Shown in pieces: positions 1-11,944 of a stretch of 64,000 bases of DNA. Under the pieces are notes generated by a model, which worked only from the letters and a program-made list of their open reading frames with translations, was not told where the DNA came from and made no database searches. The DNA is from Octopus vulgaris. Its lineage: Eukaryota. The position numbers and the translations under genes are program-made. The number at the start of each line of letters is the position of its first letter. Within the stretch, counting starts at the first letter, position 1. Location: NCBI GenBank assembly GCA_951406725.2, contig OX597818.1:77376001-77440000 (forward strand). The letters run 5' to 3'.

Positions 1-116
1 AAGACACCTTATAAATTATTTTCTTCAATCTTAACTATATTTGATACTTGCTACATGATTAGTTTTCTTAATGATTTTATTAACTTCATATTTAAACAAA
101 GATAAAAGGTTCAATT

Positions 117-493
117 TGCAGGGACGAATGTGTGGTTAAGAAGTTCACTTTGCAGCCACATAGTTTCGGGTTCAGTCCCACTGTGTGATAGCTTGGCCAA
201 ATGTCTTCTACCATAGCCCCCGACCAATGTGAGTGAATTTGGTAGATGGAAACTTTGTAGGAGCTCATTGTATATATGCATGTGTGTATGCTTATGTTTG
301 TCCCCTACCACTGCTTGACAATTGGTGTTGGTTTGTTTATGTCCCTGTAACTTCATGGTTTGGTAAAAGAAACTGATAGAATAAGTAGCAAACTTAAAAA
401 GAAATAAGTGCTGGAATCAATTTATTTTACTAAACCCTTCAAGATGGTGTCCTACCATGGCTGCAGTCTAATGACTGAAACAAGTAAAAGATA
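117..493 (+). mobile_element. tRNA-derived SINE, family A (CORE-like middle, ...GTCTAATGACTGAAACAAGTAAAAG tail)
   Basis: A-box/B-box-like head (GTGTGGTTAAG ... GGTTCAGTCCC), then TTGGCCAAATGTCTTCTAC. The same layout recurs at 47090-47515 and many other sites in the window. Confidence 0.85.
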
Positions 494-2069
494 AGTTTAT
501 TGCTTGAGATTTATTTACATTGTAATTTGATTTCATTCTTTAAATGATGATCTGCAATGGATTCTTGAACAAATTTGGGCATTTTTGCTTCATAAAAGTT
601 GAGATGAAAAGGTGCATAATTGGATAAAATGAAGAACAGCTTCAAGCGATTTTAATGATAGACTTGTGGTTGTGAGGGAATTCTTTGAACAATTGGTAAT
701 TCATAACTAATATTTAACAACTGAGCCTAGACTAAGTGCTGAAATATCTAAAAGAATTTATGACTGCAGTAAATGATAGATTTTGATTATTGTGCAATTT
801 CAAATTATTAAATAATTTTCTTAATGTCTGTTTTTCGCACTTTGGCATTAGACACACATTTCTCTTCCATTTTCTTTTTACTAGTGCTTATTCTGAAGTC
901 AGCATTCATTATTTTTTTTCACATTTCTTTTTAATTTTTCTTTCTGTTCTTGTTATGCAACTCTTATCTTTCATATAGTATCTCCCTAATCTTCTCTGTT
1001 GCAAAAATTTTATGCTTTTGCTATTTTATATCTTATCCCCTTTGATCCTTAGTCTATCTTTTAGTTTCATATTTCATATCAAGTATATCAAATTTCTCTC
1101 AGTTTTGTTTTAGTTTTCATAAATATTTACTTGCTTCACAGCCATACAAATGATATATTTCCGACATCAGCATCACAACTGTTTTCCTTTTGAAAACTTG
1201 TCAGCCTAGATACACCTCTTCTAGCTAGAAAACTTATTCATACTCTTCTCAGTGACTTCTCATAATCTATTAGTTTGTTGGTGGAGAGAGCAGTTAACTT
1301 GATTTTACAGATTTTTTTTGACAACCTTTTAAGAATTAAAGTGTGATTTATTGGAAAATGATTGAAAGAGTTGATTAATACAGATTTCTGAGTTTTCAGT
1401 TTACAGACATTTTAAGATTTCTATTTTAGCTAATTCTTCATTTGTTTTCCTCCCCCACAAAATCATCAGGCTGCCATGGGTTGGATAGGTTATTACTGTC
1501 TAAGTTGATTCTTATTTGGAGTTACTTGACAGTCTGTGTAGCTCAGAGGTCAGGGTGTTTCTTCAAGTCAAGCTGCTACTTCTCTGCATTGAGGGGGTCA
1601 TGTGTCTGGTACTAGGGATATGTGATTAGAATGTCAAGGAAAGGGTTGCAAGATGGATTCTTCCAACTGAGACTTCTACTTCTGTGACTCTGTCAGGAGT
1701 AGCAGGTAGAGAAAATGGATGGATGGTTACTGCCCTCCTGTATGGTTCAAAGGACCACATCTCATAAAGTCCATTTTAGACATGGTTTCTACAACTGGAT
1801 ATTCTTCCTAATACCAACCACTTTATGGAATATACTGCATAAGCTTCATATGGCACCAACACTAAAGAGGTTTTCATGTGTTCAAACAGACTAAAGGGGT
1901 CCTCTTGATCCTAAATTGTTTCTACTTGTTTGCTAACAATTTTATAGAGTGTACTGGGTATGTTTTATCATTGCACCAGCACTAGTAAGGTTACCATAAA
2001 ATAAAATAATGAGTCCTCTATTCTGTTACGCTTTTGCTCATTCAAAGCAATATGACCAAGAGGGTGAAT

Positions 2070-2126
<57 letters not shown>

Positions 2127-2696
2127 ATGTATGTGTGTGTGTTATGTATATATAGAAAGAATGACAGAAGAGCTAAGGTTAGTGGGTAAAGGTAATTAGA
2201 GGATGATAGAAGAGAGAGTATTGGAAGCGGGATAGTAAAGATGGGACTGGTGGCTAGCAACACAAAAAGGAGAATGTTAGAGTATATTAAATATAAGCAA
2301 GTCAGATGGAATCCCTCATAAGTGTCTTGATATGAAAGAGAGAGAGAGAGGTAGAGATAACGATAATGGTAGGTGCTGTCTTGAATATAGTCAAGCCCAA
2401 TTCTGTTTCTTGTTCCAAAAGTGGCATGGTATAGTGATTAGCTCTCCACTGCCATCAGGCAGCATTGTGTGTAGGTTAGATGTGTGATAGAGAGATGAGT
2501 AGTTATTAAAATGTCTAAAGCGTGCAATCACTCATACTCAAAAAAGCATAGCTGAGTTGACATTTCAAATATTGGTTTTAGCAAGAGCTATCTCATAAGA
2601 GAACCAAACCCAAGTCCAATAATAGAAGTGTAATGGACCTAAAGTTGAAAGCAAATATTTATTTTTTAAATAATCCATTTAGAATTATTTCTGAAT

Positions 2697-2982
2697 ATGA
2701 GCAGAAATAGTTGGGGAGCATCATAACCATGTGTTGAGAGGAATTCTTTGGGGTTTGAATAATCCATCTGTGGAAACATGAGTGTTTCATTCAATATCCT
2801 TAAACCACCCTTACTTGGTCCCCACCTGCAAGGTCATGCGCTGTTTATCTTGATATGAGATTACCATGTTGCGCACATATGATTGTGATGCATGAGCCTG
2901 GTGTATTAAATGGGTAATCATGATGGATATGTTGGGCTTCATGTAACCCCAGTGTTACTTTAATGGCACACACTGCTCTCTC
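2697..2982 (-). repeat. Partial inverted copy of the interspersed repeat at 37765-38322
   Basis: The reverse complement aligns by eye with 37765-38110 (e.g. CCCACCTGCAAGGTCATG, CTGTTTATCTTGATATGAGAT). Abuts an (AAT)n tract. Confidence 0.85.
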
Positions 2983-4626
2983 AATAATAATAATAATAAT
3001 AATAGATCATTTTAACATCTGCTTTTCTATGTTGTATGGGTCAGATGAGAAAATGTTTAGAGTTTTCTACAACCAGATGCCCTTCCTAATGTCTGTGTAC
3101 TCATATACACACATATACCCGTGTGTGTATACACAAGTTTTTGGTTACAATGAAAGACAGAATACTTAATACACGTTGTGAAGTCATCTAGTGATGGAGA
3201 CAAATTTTGAGCTTCATGCAGCAACCAACTGACCTTTACATTACCTGGTGGTCTGTGTGCAACTTTTGATGATGCAGTAGGGAGCCAAAGCAAATCTGGT
3301 ATAATCAATGATGGATCTAGATAATTGTATATGAGCATTAATTCTTAATGTTGGCCAAATGTGGTACCTGTGAGAAGTATGTGTTGTTTTGATTCCTCTC
3401 TACATGTTCTGTGAATGTTGTAGAGGTATTGTATGTAGTTATATCTATTTTTATCTTCAGTGTTTGTGTGTGTGTATAATATATTTATGTTCAGTGTGAT
3501 GGCTGGCAGTTAGAATAGATGAACTGGTAGATCTGGTACTTCATTGGGGGAAATTACAGATTCTTTATATCTTTTCTTATTTATTTATTTATGTTTTGTT
3601 TTTGTTTGTATTTGATTATTCACTACAAACTTTGGCAACATGAGGAATAGTTTGTTAGCCAGTGTTTTGTGTGGCTGAATGTAAATTGGTGGCAGGGAAT
3701 GGAGTCAAAAGCTTTACTGACACCTATAGTAGTTACAGTAGTGCAAGTAGGGACTTTGTTGCTGCTGAAACCATCATTATTCTTTGTGTCAAGGTTGTTG
3801 AATGTAGTGCTTTGAAATCATGTGAGTTGGGAGAACAATGTGTAGGTTTGTTATATTGAAGATAAGCCTTGAATTTTTGAGGGAGTGTCTTTGAAGGTGG
3901 TGAGTCTGTGTTGCTACTACTTTGGTTTAATTTTTGTTGGAGTTTATAATTAATGACAAGTAAAATAATTGTATATACTGGGCAATTGTCTGTTGGTCAT
4001 TATGATACTATCTGTGGCTGAAGCTTTAGATCAAAGATTGGATTCCAAAGTCATTTAAGAAGTTGTTCTTCAACTTCTTCCATTGCTGCTCTTCCATGGT
4101 CTGCTATATCTATAGGTGCCACCATATCCATCCTTAATTTAAGACAGCACAGTGTGACTTGTGGGAAATTCATCTGTTGTGTCTTGCAGGTCATGTACTT
4201 GCACAGAGACCTTCCTTCATTAACTCAAAGTAAACTTTGGTGTTATTGTGTTGTCAAAAACTGTTATGAATTGTGTTTTAACCACAACAATCCTATTGCT
4301 TGTATTTCAGCTTTTGTTTAAGGGTATGATTTATGAGAGCTTTGGCTGCTATTTTCAAGAGATTGAGTGACAACTAAATTGTGTGTGTGTTTCTGAAACC
4401 CTGACATGTATGAGTGTAAATGTGTATGGGGTATAGAAGTTTGTCACTGCTGCAATACATCTGTTATCTTGGCATAAATATATATATATATATATTGTAC
4501 AATAATCTAAAACATGTAAAAGAAAGGTATAAATTGTATAAAAATACAAACCAATTATTTTATTAATTGCTTTTTAATTCTGAATTAGTTCTTTTACTTT
4601 ACCAATTATTTACTGTATTTCATTAG

Positions 4627-4658
<32 letters not shown>

Positions 4659-4659
<1 letters not shown>

Positions 4660-5280
4660 GGGAGAATTCACAAAAAAACAAAAGTCGACAGGTGATATAG
4701 ACAACAAACAGATGTATTAGTATAACGCTCAGGAAGTGAAAAAGTCTTTAACATTTCGAGCCTATGCTCTTCCTCAGAAAGGAACACGGAAAGAAACAAG
4801 CAGAGAAAATAAAGAAAGTGTAGTGGCGAATGCCGGACAGAAGGGTCACACAGGAGAGCTAGGGAGAAGGGAGATAATAAAGTAGTGGTGATCCCACAAC
4901 GAAGGTGCGTGTGCGTGTGGAAGAGGGCTAGTGGTCTCGACATGTGCGTGTGTGTATGTGTAGGTGTGAAAATGTGTGGGAAGTGGTCAGTGCTGGTATA
5001 TGCGTGGTGGTGTTGTGTAGTATGGTGTAGTGGTGTGATTGTGTTGGGAGTGGGGGAGGTGAGAGTGGGGAAAGCAAGGGTAGGATGTGGGTTAGGCTGA
5101 GGGTGGAGGTAGAGGTGGGGTATGTGCGTAGGGTGAGGGTAGAGGTGGGATATGTGGGATTGGGTGTAAGGGATGGGGTGGGGTGGGATGGGCGAAGGAT
5201 AGGGAAGGTAGGGGCGGAATGTGTAGGGGTGGGATGGGCTTACGAGAGAGGGGTGCCGATGAAGTGGGGATATGTATGTA
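4659..5280 (-). mobile_element. Penelope-like-derived repeat with minimal hammerhead motif and G/T-rich low-complexity body
   Basis: Begins right after (TA)n. The minus strand of 4746-4781 reads CTTT-CTGAGGA-A-GAGC-ATAG-GCTC-GAAA-TGTT-AAAG. Minimal hammerheads are a known feature of Penelope-like elements, so the family call is an inference. Confidence 0.6.
4746..4781 (-). ncRNA. Minimal type I hammerhead ribozyme motif
   Basis: CUGAGGA and GAAA core boxes, stem II GAGC/GCUC, stem I CUUU/AAAG, near-palindromic stem III AUGU, GUU cleavage triplet. Confidence 0.6.
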
Positions 5281-6329
5281 TATTTACGTTAGCAAAATAT
5301 TCTCATTTTATGACATAAAAAATATTTTTAAAAAATTACAAGTTCATTCACAGAAAATCAAAATAGTTCAGTTGGATGAATGTTGTTTGGCTGAAAACTA
5401 AAGGTCTCATGTTCAAGCCTAGGTTTCAGCACGTTGAAAAGTTTCTTGAAATTATTACTAATCAAAATCTTTGCAGTTTGGTTGACTTAGGGAGAATGAT
5501 AGAGGGGAAGTTTTACTAGTCACATATTTACATTTTGGCATATAATCAGCATTATAATAATATTGTAATGTTCTAATTACAAAATATATGTTAAGGCTAT
5601 TTATAGGTGTAGGTACAGGTGTGTAGTTAAGAAGTTGACTTCCCAACCATATGGGTCTCAGTTCAGTTCAACTGCATGGCACTTAGGGCAGATGTCTTCT
5701 ACTATAGCCCCAGGTCAACTTAAGATAATGATGGCTGTATGGTTGAGAAGGTTGCTTCACCACCACTGCTTTTAAATGCAGTCATGCTGAAAATTCACTC
5801 ATCACCCTGGACAATGAATAAATTTGTATGAGAGCTGAGTGAGTGAATTTGGTAAACAGCAACTGTACTAAGCCCATTACACACACACATACACATGATG
5901 TGTGTAAGAATGTGTGTGAATGTGGATATTTCACTTGTCACTGTTTAAATAATGTGGTGTTGATGTATGGTGACCTTCCTTGTTGGCATTATGACCAATT
6001 GTCCTGTGATTTCATAGACTCTGTAGAATATATGTCTGTAAAAGTCCTTTACTTGAAAAACAGGTGGGGGTTAGTGACAGGCAGAGTGCCAGCAGGAAAA
6101 TCCTGCCTCAAAATCAATTCCTGTTCAATCTATGTCAGCAAGGAAAAAACTGATGTTAAATAAAATGAACAAGCAAAGACACATTTGTGGAGTAAGAGGA
6201 GGAGAGTGACGGAGAAATAATGAATGTTATATTAATAAAACTAATTGCTGTTTTTATCTATTTTTATTTATATTTTATTCTTTTATATTTGTCAATCATT
6301 TACTTGAATGATAAATAACAACAACAACA

Positions 6330-6910
6330 ATAATCCTTTCTACTAGAGGCATAAAGCCTAAAATTTTGGGCGAGTCAATTATATCGACCTCAGTACTCAA
6401 CTGGTACTTATTTTATCAACCCTGAAAGAAAAAGTAGGCTCACAAAATTTGAACTCAGAATGTAAAGATGGAGAAAATGCAGCTAATCATTTTGAATAAT
6501 GATGATGATAGCAATAATAATAATAATAATAATAATATAATAATAATAGTTTCAGATTTTGGCACAAGGCCAGCAATTATAGGGGAGGAGTTAAGTTGAT
6601 TACATTGACCCCATCGGTACTTTATTTTATTGACCCTGAAATGGTGAAGGGCAAAGTTGACCTTGACTGTATTCAAACTCAGAATATAAAGAGCTGGATG
6701 AAATGCTACTAAGCATTTTGTTTGATGAAGTGGCAATTCTGTCGGCTTATTATTAATAATCCTTCTATTGGCACAAGGCCTGAAATTTTGGGGGAGGGGA
6801 CTAGTCGATTACATTGACCACAGTGCGTAACTGGTACTTAATTTGTTGACCCTGAGAGGATGAAAAGTGAAGTCAACCGTAGCACAATTTGAACTCAGAA
6901 CATAATGACA
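6330..6910 (-). mobile_element. Three tandem tRNA-derived SINEs, family B, separated by (AAT)n
   Basis: GGTACTT...TT(A/G)T(C/T)(A/G)ACCCTGA...TTGAACTCAGAA-like motif occurs three times. It is the reverse complement of the units at 43431-44365. Confidence 0.85.
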
Positions 6911-7769
6911 GGTGAATTATTATTATCAATAATAATAATAATAATAATAATAATGTTTCCAGCCTTGTTTGTGTGTACCCTTGTCTTGACATCACATGAT
7001 GGTTGTGAACAAGCATCACAAGCAGTGTTTATTTTTCCACAAATTTCTCAGTTGTGGACCAAAATTGTATTGAAAGAAAAATTTGATTTGATGAAGATAT
7101 CAAGTATAATCTGTTTCAAGACGTCACATTAGTTTCCATGCAATGAAACTAAAGTTTGAAGTAAGTCTCGTTGAAATTTAGAAGGGAAGTTTTACAGTTC
7201 TTGATGAAGACACCCTAGTGAAGTAAGTTTTTACTGTAAGGAATTTTATGGAGTAAATTTAGTTTGTCAGAAATGCTATGAGTTTATGTAATTTACCAAG
7301 ACACCAAATTAGGTAAGAACTGAAAGTATTGGTTATCAAACAAAGATTTTATTGTAGTTTGACTTTATTAAAAATATGATTCATAATAACTTTCTGCCAG
7401 TCTAAATTACATCACTATGTGTAAGAATTAAAACACAGGTTGTACCAATGTCTAAGATATTCTGCCATGACACTTTTGTATAGGAAAAAATGTATTGTTG
7501 ACCTCTATTCATATAATTGTCATCATCTTACTCAGCTTTAAACTAATGCTTAATTGTAGTCCATTTCTCGGTTAGTAGGTCTGAATTGAATATTATTTTC
7601 GTTTTGTGAAGGCTTGGTTGTTTCCTTTTTATCAATTTGTAAACTTTTAGCACACAAAACTGTTCCTTTTATATTGCAGACGTGATGCTATTTTCAATTT
7701 GTTGCTTTCGTCTCAATGGCTTTATTGTTTCCTTTCTCTGGCACAAAATACTTGATATGTCTATATATA

Positions 7770-8150
7770 TTCTTTTACTTGTTTCAGTCATTTGACTTTG
7801 GCCATGCTGGGGTACTACCCTGAAGGGTTTATTTAGCCAAGCAAATTGATCCCAGTAGTTAGTTTTAAGTCTGCTGCTTATTCTACTGGTTTCTCTTTGC
7901 TGAACTGCTAAGTTTCAAAGATGTAAACAAACCAACACCACCTATCAAGCATTTGATGTGTGTGTGTGTGTGTGAATGGCGAGTAACACAAGTACACACA
8001 CACACACACACATCTATCCATATATGTATGCATGCATATGTATGTATATGTGTGTATGTATGTGTATATATGTATAGTTTCTGGCTATCAGTACTGAACT
8101 GATAATCACATGGCTACAAAGTAAACTTTTTTAACAATGCAGCCATGTGA
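7770..8150 (-). mobile_element. SINE family A, degraded
   Basis: Starts with CTTTTACTTGTTTCAGTCATTTGACT, the reverse complement of the family A tail. Confidence 0.75.
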
Positions 8151-8763
8151 AATTAGTTCTTATTTTTTTTGTTTCTTTTTCAATAATTCCTTAACTGTGT
8201 GATTCTTTTAGCTTGTATGATTAGACATATATCTTATTTGTCATCGATTAAGGACATATTTACATTCAGTTGTACAAATAAATCTATAAATTTGAGGCTT
8301 CATTGAAATTGCTGATTAGTACCTCTGATTCTTTCTGGACTTCCTAGACTGCTTTGTTGATGTACTTGACAATTGGTGTTTTTGCTTTTTCTATCTAGTT
8401 AATATAACAATGGGCTTTAGACTTTAGTACATAATTAATATTTTAATACAGAATTTACTGTCTTGCTTTTTGCTGTCGACCTTTTAAGAATGACACTTTT
8501 TTCTTCAGTGTTTTTTTTTTTATATTTTCGTTTCCTTTTTGGAAAACTATTGCCAAATTTAAAAATAAAGTGAGTATAGTCAACTATTGTTTATATCATT
8601 CTGATTTCATATATAATTCTAAGAAAGAATACTTTTCTTTCTATTGTTTAAAGAATGGAAGTGCATTTATGATTTCTCATGGAGTTAATTCTAAACACAA
8701 TAAATATTAGTACTCTTTTCTATCAGTATTCATTCTTCATACATTTGAATAACTATTCCAATA

Positions 8764-9276
8764 TCTATATATATAAAACTGTAGTTGTGTGAGTGTCTGT
8801 CTCCTACAATTTAGATTCCTAACTCCTCCCACATTTTGCGGTGCAGTTTAACCAAATTCGGGTATCTTATAGTCGTGATTAACATCAAGCCCGTCTGGCT
8901 ATTAGCGCGCGTCTACGATGAGTCTACGATTTTAAAAATAATTTACCATTATTTTTTATTCCATTTTAATGCATAATTTTTCGTGTGTCGATGGCGGCGG
9001 AGTTGGCGTCCATGGTCACACCTGCACCTGTTTGCTTCTCCCCCTTCTTCCCTCCCTCGTGAAGCTGTGGGGAAGGGAGTGTAAGGAAATCAACGTCGTA
9101 AAGCGTTGTCAAGGAGACCAGCGTTCTTTTAGAACAACGACTTCATGGCTTGAAGACACCAAAACAGAAATGGCTAAGAAAGCCTGAATTGGCATCTATA
9201 AGGGAAGTAACTCTCTAAAAATGCTTATATAGTTATTTCCCTTACAAACCCGAGCAACGCCGGGCGATACTGCTAG
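8764..9276 (+). mobile_element. Non-autonomous Helitron
   Basis: 5' TC terminus (TCTATATATATAAAAC), 3' CTAG terminus, subterminal hairpin CCCG-AGCAACGC-CGGG, inserted between A and T with no TSD. CpG-rich compared with the flanks. Confidence 0.8.
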
Positions 9277-10066
9277 TTTATAATATATTTCTAACACATT
9301 TGTCCACTCTGTAAGGTTGTTGGTAAAAACCATGTCAAAACAGACAGTGAAGCCCGGTGCAGTCTTCTGGTTTGCCAGCTCCTGACAAACTGTCCAACCC
9401 ATGCCAGCATGGAAAACAGATGTTAAATGATGATGATGAGTGAAAGCTTCATTCCAAAGAATGGATCTTTACAATGTTTAGTAAATAATACTGTTAAATG
9501 ACCAGTTATTAGTTTCCAATATTTAAACTAAAATTCCTTCAAATTTGGTTGAGTCAGCAGAAAGAAGATCTCACAGGTTATGGAGCAAGAAAGAGAAGTT
9601 ATGCTGGAAGCCAGGAGGAGATGAGCAGTGAGATGGCCACCTCTGGTGCCCCCCAATAGGAGGGTGTTATGATTCAGGGTAGAAACACCCAATGATCATT
9701 TGATACTGTCTGATGATATCAATACCTCCTGGTTAAACCCTAATTTACCAAAAATCAGTGCTGAAGAAGCATCTTCTTTTAAATGTTATTAATATCATAG
9801 TGCTGGTTAATTAACAAATTCTATATTAAAAATGGAGGATCCTCTATTTTTCGTTATTTCTATTGATTTAATTTTGTAGTTTATATTATGCTCTGGACCA
9901 CACTAACTTCATAAGATTATCATGTTTCTGGCTATTAACCTCATCTTTGCCAGTGAGAGTTTTAATGTTTATATCTGTACTATGTTTTGATTAGATGGAT
10001 TTAAATTAGGAACTGTTATTTTTAAACTAAGGATTATACACTCATACACTCAATATAAACAATTAA

Positions 10067-10265
10067 CCCTTTAGCATTCAGGTTTCTTTATCAGATGTAT
10101 TGCTTATTTATTTACATTGTTTTGAATTAATCACATTATTTTGTGGTTTCAAAATTTTAATGTTCTGCTTGTATATTTTTAGTAGGTTAGGTGTGAGAGG
10201 TTGGGTATGATCATTTTTAACATAAAACAAATAGACTACTTGGGTTAGATATAGCTGGATTAAAG
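10067..10265. mobile_element. piggyBac-like MITE, degraded copy (same family as 42223-42443 and 21372-21592)
   Basis: TTAA-CCCTTTAGCATT start. Internal sequence shared with 42223-42443 (CATTGTTTTGAATTAAT, GGTGTGAGAGG). Confidence 0.65.
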
Positions 10266-11546
10266 ATTGGCTCTGAATATTTTTTTAAAACTAAGTGTTA
10301 TATACTTGGAAAGTGTAATGGTGGTTGCTTCTGAGGGAAGGAACCCTTTGGAAGAGGTACCAGAAGACTCTACCTCTGTGACTCTTCCAGGAACAGTGGG
10401 AAGCAAAAATGGATGGATTATACACTCTTATACATTGGGCCATAGTGCATGTACAATTAAAGTTACATTTTTACGTTATGCTTATCCTTTAATAAAGGCA
10501 GCTATATTGAACTGGCAGCCATATTGAACTGATGTCAGCACTGGACTTACTTATTGGGTTATCAATGTTTTATATGTTTCCTTTTTTGTTTTTTTTAAAT
10601 TTCTTTTTTTATTAAGTTTTCGCGGTGGTTCTGTATTCTAGAAATTTCATCTCATAGCAAAATATGATTTCCTCTATCACTCCATGGATATTCATGTTAT
10701 AGACATTTATTCTCTCTTTAAGGTTTTCCAATGCTCTATAAGAACTTCTTCAAATATGTGGAATGTTATAGATACAGTTTTTATGTATTTAGAGCATTAT
10801 TACCCTTGGTTTAGAAATGAAGGATTCTTGTTCAAATCTAATTTGGTTCTATGTGTATATTTAAAAATAAGATATCTGATGATAGTTGAAAATGAAACTA
10901 ATCGAAATGTAACCTAGATGTAAATGATAAAAAAAAAAAATCATCTCTAAAAATGAGGTTAGGAATTTGAGAAATGATCATCTTATTAACAACTCATCTC
11001 AGGCATTTAATCAACTAAACTACATACCTTCACATGAGCTTCTTCACTAAAATACCATTTTCCTGTTATTGTCACTTTCTATATATAAATGATTAAATGA
11101 TCTACTGAAAGCTTCATTTGTTTTTCTCTAAACAATTTAGTATTCATTTCTATCCACATTCGCCACCCCCTACTTAAATGCTGAAATTAAGTGTAAAAAA
11201 ATAAAATGAAATGAAATTTATTTATTTCAGAATTTCTAATTAAAGCTTAAAGGTATAAAATTTTCATGAATTAAAATTTATTTCAATCAAAATAATTTTC
11301 ATATCTTGTAATTGGTATATTTATATATATATAAATTATAATTAACTATTCATCATCAATAAAATTTAATATTGTTGAATTTTCAGCATTTGTATTAAAT
11401 CATATTAAAATTTTATTTTGTTTAGATTTTGAAATCACTTGTGTTATTCATCAATAGATATATATATATATATTTAATATTTTATTTTGTGAATTGTTAG
11501 TTTGATGACTTTATATGCCTTTCTTCATTTCTTTTCTATACAAAAG

Positions 11547-11591
11547 CAAGCGTACCAGTGTCGGCCGAAAGTCCAGTTTCAGGGGCCTAAG
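11547..11591 (+). CDS. Candidate 45-nt frame-preserving cassette exon of an unidentified host gene (QAYQCRPKVQFQGPK in phase 0, or KRTSVGRKSSFRGL in phase 2)
   Basis: Pyrimidine tract CTTTCTTCATTTCTTTTCT then AAG acceptor at 11545-46. AAG|GTAATG donor. Length is 15 codons, two frames are open, and the GC/CpG content is far above the flanks. Confidence 0.6.
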
Positions 11592-11598
11592 GTAATGC

Positions 11599-11838
11599 AA
11601 ATGCACAGCTGCCTTTATGTGCAATGGACGGTTATTGATAGCTTACATTCAGCTTCTTTGAATATCTAAGGAATGGTCTCTAGTCTTTAACATGCTGGGT
11701 TAGAGAGTTAGATTCCATCAAGCTTAAGGAAGTTATTTCCTAGGAATGTTAAGCTGAAATGCAACCCTCCATTGACTAAGCAATCGTGGTTCATATTGCA
11801 ATTTTCACTCAAAGCAACTTCGTGCAAGCTGTTCATTT
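11599..11838 (+). promoter_or_regulatory. Long intronic RNA secondary structure directly downstream of the candidate exon donor
   Basis: Nested complementary segments: 11599-610/11827-838, 11622-628/11768-774, 11630-633/11763-766, 11640-650/11744-755, 11651-661/11724-734, 11670-674/11712-716, 11677-686/11697-706. Six G-U pairs. Confidence 0.65.
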
Positions 11839-11911
11839 TAAAGTTCGAGCATGCCTTATAGTTGATTCAATAGCTTCGATCATTTTTTAACTCATATTTA
11901 TATATATATAT

Positions 11912-11944
<33 letters not shown>

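Noticed and set aside
11565-11702. GAAAGTCCAG ... ACATGCTGGGTTA resembling RNase P/MRP CR-I and CR-V
   Set aside because: The spacing is too short, the P4 pairing is imperfect, no other conserved regions were seen, and the segment is better explained by the exon plus hairpin.
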